DNA of 63,625 nucleotides, the filler included, from Folioceros fuciformis (taxonomy: Eukaryota): the NCBI GenBank assembly GCA_049999805.1. It is 22 parts of 22 records of this genome, joined end to end, with 100 filler letters (N's around TTAATTAATTAA, not from the genome) between each part and the next. Parts side by side here need not be neighbours in the genome. Positions count along the whole stretch, not along the records: positions 1 to 3,954 come from JBNGIO010000754.1; positions 4,055 to 7,944 come from JBNGIO010000756.1; positions 8,045 to 11,236 come from JBNGIO010000757.1; positions 11,337 to 15,173 come from JBNGIO010000759.1; 18 more parts are not named here. One strand, written 5' to 3'. The translations under genes and the position numbers were made by a program. Every line of letters starts with the position of its first letter. Position 1 is the first letter of the stretch. This document shows, one piece after another, positions 1 through 12,153 of the stretch. The notes under the pieces were generated by a model. That model did not search any database and was not told the origin of the DNA. It saw only the letters and a program-made list of their open reading frames with translations.

Positions 1-1361
1 TATATAAAGAGAGAGAGATCACAAGACAAGATATTAGTTAGATGTTCATAATGATTTCAACTAACTATTTGTCTAAATGTCAAGTGCTAGTATAGTCTAG
101 TTTTGTCAAGAGATTGCCAAGATGGTCCCAACCATGGGACTTAGTCCCAAAAGGGTCCCTACAACCACAAAAAAAGTAGATAAGAAATTGAGCATGAATG
201 TGACAAGTGGGTTCCTTTATACTTTTTGTTAATTTAGACACATTTACTAACCAAGGACTTTATACTTTTTGGTTAGATTAGACACATTAGCTAACCAAGC
301 TGTTGGGACACAACTTGTTTCATCTTGGTTGACTGAGGCTACAAAAGGAGAGTGACACAAAACCAAGTTGTGTTTAAGGAGCAGAGACGTACCAAAGTGA
401 GTGGACTATGGACGAGCAAGAAGATTGACAATAGCAAGTTGGACGAAGGAGGAATAGACTTGAGGGACCTGTGAACTTTGATAGGCCAAGCTCCCAAGCA
501 ACATGAAGTGGGTCCCACTCACCTGCTCCCGAGGTCGAGTAGTTGAAGTTCATCAACAAGGCTAAGTCTCCTTTGCTGGAGTTGACGTTGACATAGCCTA
601 TTCAACAATTAGGTGAATGTCATGTGTATTTGCAAGTTGAGAAGGAAGATATTGTTGAGAATCAAGCAACTTTTGAAAAGTCTGACACCACGAAGAGTGT
701 TGGTGTTGGAATAGGAAGGACAAAGAAGTTTTTCTCTATGAGTCCTCAGACACAATCATTGAAGGATTTCAAGCTCTTCTATAACTTTCTAATAAGTAGA
801 GTTAAGTTCACGCATGGACAAGCATATACCCACTCAATATATGTTTGAACAGCTACCATGGTACATGGCAGATGAGGCATTGGACATTTACGAAGCGCAT
901 GATGAGGAGTTGATGGCAATGGATACTGTGCCCAACCCCCTCTTTTCACAGACTTTGTAACTAGCTTACAAAAATTTGCTGACAACTGCTATCACAACTC
1001 ATCAAGTAGTCATTGCAGCTAGTAAGTACCAATTCGCCCAACAGCCCTTCACCAATAGTTGTAAGCATGACTGCTCAAGAGAGGGCAACTACATAGCAGG
1101 GATTATGGAGTATTCATATGCACCTAAACATGCCAACCCTGTGGATGAATTCTTTGCCTTGCTGGAGAATTTTCCTCTTAAAACCCTCTAGAAAATTCAA
1201 GAGTTGGCTTACATTTGCTGTGGGAAGGTACAGGCATGTTGACAGACCAAGAGGTAGTATAGAAGTGTTTGACACCCCTTGAGGTGCATCCCTTATTTCA
1301 ATTCCAATTTTTTATAGCTTTTGTGGACAAGTCTGGGGATTAGTATACACTTAAGCAAAAC

Positions 1362-2046
1362 TTGCTTAAGTACCTCTTGAAATACTTGGTATTTCAAGAA
1401 GCAAAGAAGAAGGAGATAGCCTTATCAGCTTATGCATCTAAGCATACCAAAGCCTTTGCTCACCACCAAAATATGTTGTCTGGGAAGGGAGGCTCTAGTG
1501 GTGTGGGAGCAACTCACAACACAACAATTGAGGGCAAGCCAGTAAAGGTTGGAGCTATGGCCATAGTAGCTCCATTATGCAATAGACACGGTGGTGCAAA
1601 CCATGTCTCCTACATCTAAGCTTGCTCTAGCAACGCTTTTTTGCACAAACACTCAGAAACTAGGGCACTTGGTTGTTGTATGCTTTCACAAATATTCAAA
1701 AAGTCAAAACCAGAGAAATGGATCTAAAACAGCAACCACCATAGGATCTGGAGCCGAGGGCAATTTGTTAGCTGGAACTGTGGTAGAATCAAGTGGCTAT
1801 TCTATCAATAAGGGCAAGATGAAGCAAGAGAAAGCTAAACAAAAGGCCATTGCAAAAGTAGAAAAGATGAGTACCTTGGAAACTACAATGGCCGCACTCA
1901 CTACTCAAGTGAACACCCGAGCAGCAAGCCTAGTAGCTTCCAAGCTCGCAAGCTCAATAGGGCTTGTGTTAGCTATTGCATTTGAAGAAGAAGGGGAAAA
2001 TTATGGGTCACCTTTGAAGCATGCACCACCCACAAGGAGGGATTAA
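1362..2046 (+). pseudogene. Highly degraded gag-like retroelement remnant
   Basis: Broken ORFs with a decayed zinc-knuckle-like motif (FCTNTQKLGHLVVVCF), then a coiled-coil-like stretch; many stops nearby. Confidence 0.3.
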
Positions 2047-3283
2047 TGGAGTAGCTAGCAAGTGGTGTTAAAGCCAAGAGGCAACAAGCTCACTTTGGAG
2101 AGACTATGCCACAAACTTGGGTGGGGTACGCATTAGGGACAATTGTTGTTGTCACACGATTTCTGTCACACGATTGTACGGAGCCAGAGCAGTCGTGCCT
2201 AAGTCTTTCCAGCAATTGTCACCTAGAGTTGCCATTCCAGTCAAGGGCTTAGATCATTTGCCATAGGAAGGGGATGCGGGGGACATGAATAATGGAGACC
2301 TTGCAATAAGCAAACCACCTCTAGACAAGCCATCCCACTTGCCCCAAGGCTTTTAACCACAGTGTTGACACAGAAAGGGTTGTTGACTCAAGTGCATACA
2401 ACACCCTTGTTCAATTTGTAGGAGATTGGTATAAACGAAGCCCAAGTACATGCTATGTTGGCGCAAACACATGAACCTCCATGCTCAATGGTAAACATGT
2501 GCAGTGCAAATAATTATTCAGCTCCTAGAAGTGGGGTGGCTCCAGTCATAGCCACCCACATGATTGGCAAGGTGATGCCATCCTCATGAAATTATATGAT
2601 GCTTGCAAAGATGGGGAGCACATGGCTAGACACCTTGGCATAGGGCAAATTAGTGCAAGTTGCACAACTTGCCTAGGAGATTCAAGCAACTTGCTTATCT
2701 GCACATAGCTTTGCATAGAGTCAGTCAAGTGGTAGACACCATTGTAGTGGAATGACAAGCATGCATGGCATATCTTCAGCCCATAGGAACTATATAGACA
2801 CCCACATTACTTCGTGATGGTAAGGATGGGGATTAGCTAGCTGGATGTGATGGGGAAGAGGAGTTCCCCTTGCAAGAGCTAATAGCATATGCATTAGAGG
2901 TGCACCAGACTTTGGACCTGATGCAAATGCCTCCCACCCATGAGAGTTTTCGGCACCAAAAATTATGGTCCTAAAAAGGGCATTTTTCAAAATTTTGGTT
3001 TTTGCAAAATTATGCAATAGTCCGAAAATGCCATCGGATTGGCGGTTACGTTTTAGACCGGAGTGGTTTCTGGACTAGGTCCGTTGTGACATCGGACTGG
3101 GTCTTACGTTCAGAATCGGAGCGATACTCTGGTAAAGAATGGAAGTTGGCCTGCAACTCAGGTCCGGCTATTCGTCCAACCCCGACACACATGGAGCGTA
3201 GGCTGAACTACTGATGTGTCTGAGGGCGAGTTCCAAGGGCGGCTCCGAGTATGATTTGCTGATAACAAATCTAGGAGTCCGGA

Positions 3284-3466
3284 TGTCGAAAGGGTAACCA
3301 TACACTGGTCAACTAAAGAGACACATTAGGGTTACATGACACACATGATACTTAAAACATTTTTGCTCATTAATATATACACTTTTGGTATCCCGTAAGC
3401 GCAAGGGGTCCTCGCTCTCCCGGCTCTCATCCTCTGTTACCTCAAGATTTACATGGTATCAGAGCC
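3284..3466 (+). mobile_element. Short LTR (TG...ACA) followed by tRNA-Met primer-binding site
   Basis: TGGTATCAGAGCC at 3454-3466 directly after ...TTTACA; the LTR 5' boundary is tentative. Confidence 0.55.
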
Positions 3467-3765
3467 CTTTTGGTTCTGATGCTTCATCCTATCTCCTAAT
3501 TATGCCTCGGCGCAGTGGATCTGACAGTCAGGGGAGTGGCTCACGCTTTTGCAGATGCAACAACCCACATTTGACCCCTAGGACAGCTCCAACCGATTTG
3601 AACGCCGCAACGTACTCTATCGTGTGCAGTACCATGCTCCACAACCAGAATTGGTCCAGAGACGGGGAGTGCGCTGAACTACTTCGCGAACTCCAACAAC
3701 AAGATTCTCAAATTGGAGAACCCCAGGCTCGAGACCAATTTCACGGGTACCGGAGGAGGGACAGG

Positions 3766-3954
3766 TGTGAACCTCCAAAGTTTGGGGTAGTAGTTTGTTT
3801 TGGTTGAAAAAGGGTTAATAGTGGTATGGTTTGGTTTTCTTTTTCAACTTATTTTTCCTAATTTTCCTTGATTTTCTGGTCATTTTTCCTATTTTTCTTT
3901 GTGTTAATTAGGTTAATTGACCAGGAAATAGTTGGTTTGGTTATAAGAGTGGGT
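3766..3954. mobile_element. LTR-like terminus, family E (TGTGAACCTCCAAAG...), copy 1
   Basis: First ~110 nt match 55845-55954; both copies begin sharply at TGTG and run into a contig end. Confidence 0.7.
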
Positions 3955-4054
3955 NNNNNNNNNNNNNNNNNNNNNNNNNNNNNNNNNNNNNNNNNNNNTT
4001 AATTAATTAANNNNNNNNNNNNNNNNNNNNNNNNNNNNNNNNNNNNNNNNNNNN
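3955..4054. other. Artificial contig spacer N44-TTAATTAATTAA-N44, first of 21. Others start at 7945, 11237, 15174, 16321, 19001, 20252, 21424, 23025, 24825, 28838, 30169, 32472, 35614, 38175, 40441, 41963, 47122, 49814, 55955, 61527
   Basis: Identical 100-nt N-flanked linker with stop codons in all six frames. Confidence 0.98.
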
Positions 4055-4991
4055 GGCCAGCTCATTGGTGGTAGGATGCGTTAGAAGTCTAAATAAGTGG
4101 TTGGTGACAGCTGGCTAGGCTAGCGGTCCTATTAAAATAATATTTGTCAAGATAGAGAGAGAGAGAGGCTTCTATAAGATCAGGTGATCCTGTAGGAGGA
4201 GGTAGTCATTCACTTTGGGAGTCAGTCAGTCACTTCGTGAGCTCTTGGAGGTACTCTCTTCACGAGCTCTTGTGGTCTGTCCCTACTTGGTTTAAGACCT
4301 GCAGTGTGTTGCCGATTGTGCAACGTCTGGTAGGATCGCAAGCCGCGTGTTGCCGGCTGTACAATGTCTGGTAGGATCACAAGGTGTAATGACCAGGGTG
4401 AAGGGGCTTGCCCCTAGCTCTTGATTGTAAAGGATGTGTCTTTCTCTCGACCTGTCCAGTCTTGTTCCCTGTTTGGACAAGTGCTGTAGGCCGGCCATGT
4501 TTCATGGCGTCTGGTAAGGTTGTGGGGAGGAGATATGCGAGAGGGGAGTGTGTTCCCTTCTTTCTTTTCTTTGGGGTTAGTCTAGTGACTCTTACCGAGT
4601 AGGAGGAGTCAGTAGGGAAGTGTAGAAGGTAATGGTGTCGTTGTTAGTTGCTGGTGCTGGTGCTGGAGTAAGAGAGCAAGTGAAGTGAGAGAGGGAAGTC
4701 GCAGATATGAGAGGTTAGGTCGTTGTAGTGACTGGAGTGAGTTTGTGGGCACCGAGAGAGGTGCAGCTGACCGATGGACAGTGAGGCCTGTCCTACGCCT
4801 GATCGGAGCTGGAGGGGAGCCCTTGAATCCATCATCGAGTCGGTTGAGTTCGACCCTCCATTCATAGCAGCAAGGAAGCTCATCGCTCCTTTGTGGGAAC
4901 GGAACTCAATGTCTCAACGACAGTGGGATAAGTGTGGCCGCTAAAAAGGTTGAACCCGTTGGCAAATAGTGCCCGGGGTTTTGCCACCACA
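4055..4991 (+). mobile_element. Gypsy-type LTR family A, inserted into a family C LTR
   Basis: Reverse complement of 10445-11236; ends ...CCACCACA. Orientation inferred from the PBS-linked family B LTR, which shares the terminal motif. Confidence 0.8.
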
Positions 4992-5577
4992 ATAGGCTAG
5001 GCTTCTGGCCTCTTTGTTGTGTGTGTGTGGTTAGGCCTATAGACCGGCTGATAGGTAGAAGTGTGAGTAGATAGCCGTAGATGTTCCTTGACACTAGTTC
5101 ACTCCCTTGAGAACGAATCATAAGACTGCAACGACAATAAAGGGAGGTGTGGCCCTTTGGTGGTTCTTGGGTGCAGGAAATCACTCCACAGGAGCTTAGG
5201 TGTTGAAGTTCTCAATTAGCTGTTGAGTTGGCTGGCATTTAGGGCTGAGAATGGAGGTTGAGGCTAGGGCTGGGGCCTCCTCTTAGCTGCTGAGGCGGCT
5301 AATACCTGGAGCTGGAAGTGGGAGCTGAAGGTGATGCTAGAGTCCTCATTCAATTGGGGTTGTGGTTGGTGTTGAAGACAGGGTTCTGATCTTTTTGCTG
5401 TAGTGTGGTTAGGTCTAGGAGCCGGCTCATAGATAGGATCATATTAGGGCAGTGTGGGGGAGATTGTAGGAAACCTTGACACTAGTTCTCTCCCTTGGGA
5501 GCGAAGCCTAGTACTACGACGGTAATAAGGGGGAAGTGTGGCCCTTAGTGGTTCTTGGGTGTAAGTTCCACTCCATA
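4992..5577 (+). mobile_element. Gypsy-type LTR family C 3' ends (4992-5190 and ~5470-5577)
   Basis: Reverse-complement similarity to 6785-6970; ends CTCCACA and CTCCATA. Confidence 0.65.
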
Positions 5578-5619
5578 GGGCAGTACCTCAAGAGGTGGTG
5601 GCTTACAAGGATGAGGAGC

Positions 5620-5960
5620 TATGGGGGAAAATATTGCACCCGAGGGTGCTGCAAGGTCCACACAAACCCTCTTTGTCGTTATAGCACTGGGATTCGATCC
5701 CAAGGGAATGATTTGTGCCAAGTAACATAGGTTTCTTCTAAAAGTTAGTTACTACCTAGGTCAGACTTTAACTACCCTAGCTCCACTACCTACTAGTTCA
5801 ACTACCCCTACCCCTCAGCTAGCCTAGCTACCACAGTCCCTACTCTATAGCTTCAGGCCCCACTCGGCTACCTCGACCCTGGGCTACCCTACCGACTCAC
5901 TCAGCTACTTCCGTTTCCCCCTTGGCAACGGTTGCCCAACCGGCTACCTCAATGGGGTCT
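5620..5960 (-). mobile_element. Athila-like LTR family B, copy 2
   Basis: Near-identical to 48906-49160 (AAAATATTGCACCCGAGG...GGGATTCGATCCCAAGGGAATG); right boundary uncertain. Confidence 0.75.
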
Positions 5961-6784
5961 ACACACTCTCTCTTTCTCCCTCTAACCCACACTTTCTCTC
6001 TCTCCCTCGCTTTGTACTCCCTCTCTCTACTTACCCCACGGCTTACTTTTTTGGCTTATGCCTCTTGATGGTTGAGATCCGTTGCGGGTCTCTCTCTCTT
6101 ACTGGTGATCACCCTTTCCTCACAGGACACACCCCTCCGTCCACCCACGTTTACTCACTGCCCCTCTCAGGGATCGAGGGCGCTCAGTTCACACTCACAC
6201 ACACGGACACGAGCCTACACATACCTTCCCGTTTCTCAATCAGTCAGCACGCCCACCTTCACTGACGCATTTTGCTCACAACCCTCGGGCCAGACTCCTC
6301 ACGTCCGCTCACGTGTCCCTGGGCTTCAGTCACATACACGGCTATAAACTTCTCTTCACCTCACAACATCCCGTCACAGCACATAGACACATCCAGTTCT
6401 CGTCACACTCTCGCTCTATTTATTCGCTCGTCAGTCGCGACTACACCCCCGCGGCACTCGCCCTCACTGCTCCGATTTTATGGTTCCCTAGCTCCACTCT
6501 CGACTCACTGCCAACTCACACACACTCACCCCAATCATTCAGCTCCACAACCTCTTCCTCTTGTCCTCACCACACCCGCATTCTGCATCCACTCGTAGCT
6601 CTCACAGTGGCGGCCACCCAGGCCACCCGTTGGCTTCACCAAGACTCAACCCTCGACACACTCTCAATTCTTAATCCACTTACGACTCTCGACTTCTCTC
6701 ACCAACGCACCCCTTCTGGACCTTCTCTTTTTCCCCCGAAGTTTGAAGGAATGGTGGGTCACCGAAGGCTAAGGGAAGGGGTAT

Positions 6785-7500
6785 TGTGGAGTGATTTCTT
6801 ACACCAAAGGGCCACACCTCCCCCTTATTGTCGTTGCAGCCTCATGATTCGCTCCCAAGGGAGTGAAATAGGGTCAAGGAACACCTACAGCTATCTACTC
6901 ACACTTCTACCTATCAGCCGGTCTATAAGCCTGAACACACACACACAACAAGAGGCCAGAAACCTTGCCTCTCTTCAAATCAGCTCACACAACTCACACT
7001 CCAGATCTTCAGTCCTTTGGCCCTTCATGATTTCCACTTCAGTCCTTCCTCCTTCACTTCAGCCCTTCACTCCAACTCTTCCTCTCTTTGCTTTAGCTAT
7101 TCCCTGGAAATTGGGACACAACGGCTTCACTCCTTGCAGCCTTCAAGCGTAGTGTGGATACTAGGACAGGATAGCCCTCCTGGCTCACGAACCTGTCACT
7201 TCACTTCAGCCAACCTGCGAATCATTCAGCCCTTGCGGATCTGGCCACATGGATCTTGGCAGTCTTGGGATCCTCCACGTTCCCCTAGTGGCAAGGAAAA
7301 TCAGGACCTTGGTTCAGTCTCAACCGGCTCAGCGCCCTAAGCCAGGAGTTCTGCACACAAGGTCCAGGGAAATCACACTGTAGACAGCCCCGTCTCAATG
7401 GCAGGTCTCCCCTCTTATCCTCCATCTCTGTCTACTAGGGTTAACATGAGTCAACTACCTAACCATCTCTCTCTCCGACCTAAACCATCCTACATCCAGT
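6785..7500 (-). mobile_element. Gypsy-type LTR family C
   Basis: Begins TGTGGAGTGATTTC; matches 4992-5190 in reverse; right boundary uncertain. Confidence 0.65.
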
Positions 7501-7504
7501 TCTG

Positions 7505-7944
7505 ACCTAAACCTGACCTAAGTCTAACCTAAACCTAACCTAACTTAGGTCCGTCCTATGACCTAGACCTAACCTAGGTATGATCTAGACCTAACCTAGG
7601 TATGATCTAGACCTAACCTAGGTCTCACCTAGACCTAACCTTGGTATGATCTAGACCTAACCTAGACCTAACCTAACTTAGGTCCAACCTAACCTAGGTC
7701 CGACCTAACCTTAACCTAGATCTGACCTAGACCTAACCTAGGTCTGGCCTAGACCTAACCTAGGTCTGGCCTAGACCTAACCTAGGTCTGGCCTAGACCT
7801 AACCTAGGTCTGGCCTAGACCTAACCTAGGTCTGGCCTAGACCTAACCTAGGTCTGGCCTAGACCTAACCTAGGTCTGGCCTAGACCTAACCTAGGTCTG
7901 GCCTAGACCTAACCTAGGTCTGGCCTAGACCTAACCTAGGTCTG
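7505..7944. repeat. 22-bp tandem satellite (GGTCTGGCCTAGACCTAACCTA)n with degenerate CCTAA/CCTAG-rich start
   Basis: Perfect 22-nt period from ~7730 to the contig end. Confidence 0.95.
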
Positions 7945-8329
7945 NNNNNNNNNNNNNNNNNNNNNNNNNNNNNNNNNNNNNNNNNNNNTTAATTAATTAA
8001 NNNNNNNNNNNNNNNNNNNNNNNNNNNNNNNNNNNNNNNNNNNNATATTATTGTCTCTCTCCTAAAGAAAAAATTAAAATTCAGACATCAACCAAACTTG
8101 TTACAAATAGATTACTCAACTTTTTTAGCAAGAAATTGCTAGCCATACCTACCTTCCAATTAAAGTTTGCTTCATACTCTAGAAACTTCTTCTACAAACA
8201 TGAGCTTTATGTAACAATTACTTGTCACAAATCATGTTAGACATAAAGAAAGTGTAACAACAGTAGGCTGTGGTCTGCTTACTAAGCTTGACTCACATCT
8301 TACAGTTGGTGTTCTAGGTTTGGTATGAT

Positions 8330-9790
8330 TATGAAACCTATTATCATGAACCTTCAATATTTGGGAGGATATCACCCTCTCGTAGGGACTACGAGTCTTG
8401 GGTGTGTTTATGGGATCTCCTGATTTGTTCAGAGGTTTGTGGATGAAGCGTTGAATGAATATTTGGCTCACATCATGGACCTCTCACAAATAGGTGATCC
8501 TCATATTGTGTTTGGTATTCTTTCTTCTTGTTTTGCATGGCAACCAGATTACCTCACTAGAACTATTGCGCCTTCTCCAGTTTTCTTATTAAGTCTGAGG
8601 AAGTTTGACAATCAAGTTATGCAAGCTCTTGGGGACATCATAGGTCCCGGCACCTTTGAGTGTGCCGACAGTGATTTGGATCGGAAGCAGGCTTCCTTGC
8701 CGATTGCCTTTGGAGGGGTTGGTCTTTTGGCCATGGAGGCCTTTGCCCCAGCTGCCTTTCTCAGTAGCTAGGCCCTCTGAGGTCCAATTTTGGCCTCTCA
8801 TTTTTTATTGCAAGATTCCCATCTTCTTGACGATTTTTACCTCAGGCGTTGAGGAGGGCGTTTTTCCTTTACAGGTATCTTTTAGGCAAGCGAGGGATTC
8901 TCTACCTTTGGAGCTCGTGAGGCTTTGCCTCCTTTCACCTCCTTTTCAAGGGAAGGGTTGAGGGGTCTCTAAACCTCCCTCCTAGAAAAGCAATATGGCC
9001 AAGCACTAAGAGCCCTTCTCTCAAACTCATCCATTCCTAGGTCTTCTCAAGCTTGTATTTGATCTTGTTCAGGTAAAGGAGCGGGCTCTTGGCTTTTGGC
9101 TTGACCTTGCATCCAGGCATTTCAAATCGCACTAGCAACTTTTGCCACCGCAATAAGATTTTGCTTAGGTTTGGCCCACCCGTTAGCTTTTTCTCTCCCT
9201 ACATACAGTCATTGTCAACATAGGGTCTCATTGACACATTGTCCCATCGGGGGCACCACATTGCCACCCATGTTGCAGTTTGGGATGTCATGTTCTTAAT
9301 GGCTAGGGAGTGTGGGTTTCTTCAGTATAGGGAGCATCCACATACTTTGCGTAACAGGGTCTTACTTAGAGCCAACCTTTTTTTCACTAGGGGGGGATAG
9401 GTTTGTGTTGTTGATGTGGTTGTTACGGATTCCTTTAGGAATTCGATTTGCGAGCACATCATCATTAACCCCTCTGGTTGGGCGGTGCAGGGTTGTGCAA
9501 GTGCCAAAGTCCATAAGTATTCTACCTTGCAAGACAAGCATAATTTTATCCCCCCTTGCTCTTGAGACTCATGGGGCTATGGGCAAGGACTTTTCAAAGT
9601 TTATCATGGAGTGCGCCAACATTTATCAAAGTTATAGAAATGGTGTTCTCCCTCTTTCCTCTGTAGTGGTCTTCTTTCGATAATGCGTATCCATTGCTTT
9701 GCATGGAGTATTAGCCAAGATGGTTTTTAAAATAGCAACGAGCGTAGGTTAAGCGGCTTCTTCGGCACGGGTGGTAAGTAGGCCTTTTGC
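8330..9790 (+). mobile_element. Degenerate CRE-clade-like non-LTR retrotransposon, 3' part (RT thumb, Zn-knuckle region, restriction-like endonuclease)
   Basis: Frameshifted motifs RVLGVFMGS, YLTRT, QASLPIAFGGVGL, GAGSWL, AIRFCLGL, PLALETHG and VSIAL, in the order typical of RLE-encoding elements. Confidence 0.7.
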
Positions 9791-10444
9791 CCACATCATG
9801 ACATTTTGGGAGCAATGAGTAGTTTTTGAAAATGATATTCGAAGGGGCTAGTACTCCCTTTGGCTTTTGGCCCAGCTCAAGTTGTTCCTCCAATCTTTGG
9901 AGTAGATGGGACTCTTTTTGAATAATAGAAAATACCATTATCATGAAACCTATCATTTTATATGTTGCCAATGTCATTCTCTTTGGTGTGGTCACCATTT
10001 TACTAAACCCCGGAGTCCTCCTTTTTCACCATAAATATTGTAATATATTCAAGCACACTTCTCTTTATAGCACTATTTTAAAACCCTCTTCCTCCTACGA
10101 CATACGTGGATGCCACTTCATATGAGTATGATGTGGGAATGAGCAAATGGCTTATGCGTTGTAGTAAGGACAATCATAAAGCCAATCATGGCCTCAAAGC
10201 CAAGCTACTATCCTCTTCCTCATGACCTCATTGCTAAGATGTGAGGGGCCTTCTTGTAACCCTCATGCCAAGCCATAAGGGCATGAGAGACATCCTCACA
10301 GCTCCAATGCCAAGCCACAAGGGCCAAGGGGCCTCCCTATGCCCGTCTTCCCGATCTTATAGGAGGCCATGAGGGCACTCACGGCCTCCCGGCGGGCCTG
10401 CTTCATTGTCTCAAGGAAGGCCACAAGCGCCATCTTGACCCTTC

Positions 10445-11236
10445 TGTGGAGGCAAAACCCCGGGCACTGATTGCCGACGGATTCCACCTTTAGTGGCCAC
10501 ACTTATCCCACTGTCGTTGAGACATTGGGTTTCGTTCCCACGAAGGAGCGATGGGGTTCCTTGCTGCTGTGGATGGAGGGTCGGACTTGATCAACTCGAT
10601 GATGGATTCGAGGGCTCCCCTCCAGCTCCGATCAGGCGTAGGACAGGCCTCGCTATCCGGCGGTCAGCTGCACCTCTCTCGGTGCCCACAAACTCACTCC
10701 AGTCACTACAACGACTCTAACCTCTCAGATCTGCGTCTTTCCTCACACACCTCACTCACTCTCTCACTCCAGCACCAACACCAGCAACTACCAGCCACCA
10801 GCAACGACACCACTACCTTCTACGCTTCCTACGGACTCCTCCTACCCGGCAAGAGTCACTAGACTAACCCCAAACAAAAGGAAGAAGGGAACACACTCCC
10901 CTCTTGGGTATCTCCTCCCCCACAACCTTACCAGACGCCATGAGACATGGCCGGCCTACAGCACTTGACCAAGCAAGGAACAAGAGTGGACAGGTCGAGA
11001 GAAAGACACACCCTTTACAATCAAGAGCTAGGGGCAAGCCCCTTCACCCTGGTCATTACACCTTGTGATCCTACCAGACACTATACAACCGGCAACACGC
11101 TGCCCGCGATCCTACCAGACACTGTACAGCCGGCAACACGCTGCCTGCGATCCTACCAGACACTGTACAGCCGGCAACACACGGCTTGCGATCCTACCAG
11201 ACGTTGCACAGCCGGCAACACACTGCAGGTCCTAGA
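10445..11236 (-). mobile_element. Gypsy-type LTR family A with internal ~41-bp tandem repeat (11067-11225)
   Basis: Begins TGTGGAGGCAAAACCCCGGG on +; seven related copies in the window. Confidence 0.85.
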
Positions 11237-11879
11237 NNNNNNNNNNNNNNNNNNNNNNNNNNNNNNNNNNNNNNNNNNNNTTAATTAATTAANNNNNNNN
11301 NNNNNNNNNNNNNNNNNNNNNNNNNNNNNNNNNNNNGTTCTCAAGGACTCGAGGGTCAGGGAGGCACTCGCTGCTTCCTCCTTCCTCCTTGTCCCGATCT
11401 CCAGTACACCCCCAAACCCCGAAGCCCAAGGTGGACTTTGGGTATAAACACCCTGGTCTTACTCGCTTACTAAGCCGATTCGCCTGTCCCTTCACAAAAA
11501 GAATCACAACCTGCTCATTCCGTCGCTCAAAATGGGGATTCCGAAAGTTTTTTTCGTTCACAGATGGGCACAAAATTTTAGGCATGGGGTTTCTGGGACA
11601 CCAGCCAGATACTTTCTAAACTACACTCGCTCCGACAGTGTGTGATGATTTTCTTTCAAACCACGTTGTTCATTACTTTCTTTGAAGTATGCAGCCTGTG
11701 TGTAGCCTTTTGATGACAATGATGCTCCTTTGTAGCACCCTGTTTTTATTTCTCTACTGTGTGCATGAGGTGTTAGGCAGCAGTGGAGAGCATGGCACAG
11801 CCAGACGAGTTCTAGTTGGCTCTGTCGCAGCTGCAGACTGTGCTCAGAACCTATAGTGGGACCTCTTCGTCAACATCCC

Positions 11880-12005
11880 ATAAGGCTCTTTGACAGCGGT
11901 TGCCGAATTCTCACCTTCTAAAACCAAAAGAGGATTCTGACCCATAAGGCTCTTCGACAACAATTGCCGAATTCTCACCTTCTAAAACCAGAAGAGGATT
12001 CTGAC
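11880..12005. repeat. ~63-bp direct duplication
   Basis: CCCATAAGGCTCTT...GAGGATTCTGACC occurs twice in tandem. Confidence 0.85.
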
Positions 12006-12153
12006 CTCTGAGACAAACAGCATAATTGACCCGATCAAAATTGAGTGCTATCTGTTATCTTCTCTCAGCACCCTACAAAAGTGGATTGGTCAGCTTCTAA
12101 AACCAAAAGCCTATTTCAACTCATCAATCCACTCTTTATCAACTGCCTATGTT

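Noticed and set aside
3955-4054. Regularly recurring TTAATTAATTAA motif flanked by Ns
   Set aside because: Artificial six-frame-stop contig linker; ORFs containing X runs and any gene neighbourhood across linkers are artefacts
6065-7340. 279-aa and other Ser/His/Thr-rich ORFs
   Set aside because: They cross LTR family boundaries in CT/CA-rich low-complexity DNA that is naturally poor in stop codons
10493-11288. Recurring short ORFs (MATLIPLSLRHW..., MGFLAAVDGG..., MAGLQHL...)
   Set aside because: They recur only because LTR family A is repeated; all frames are similarly open and there are no protein motifs
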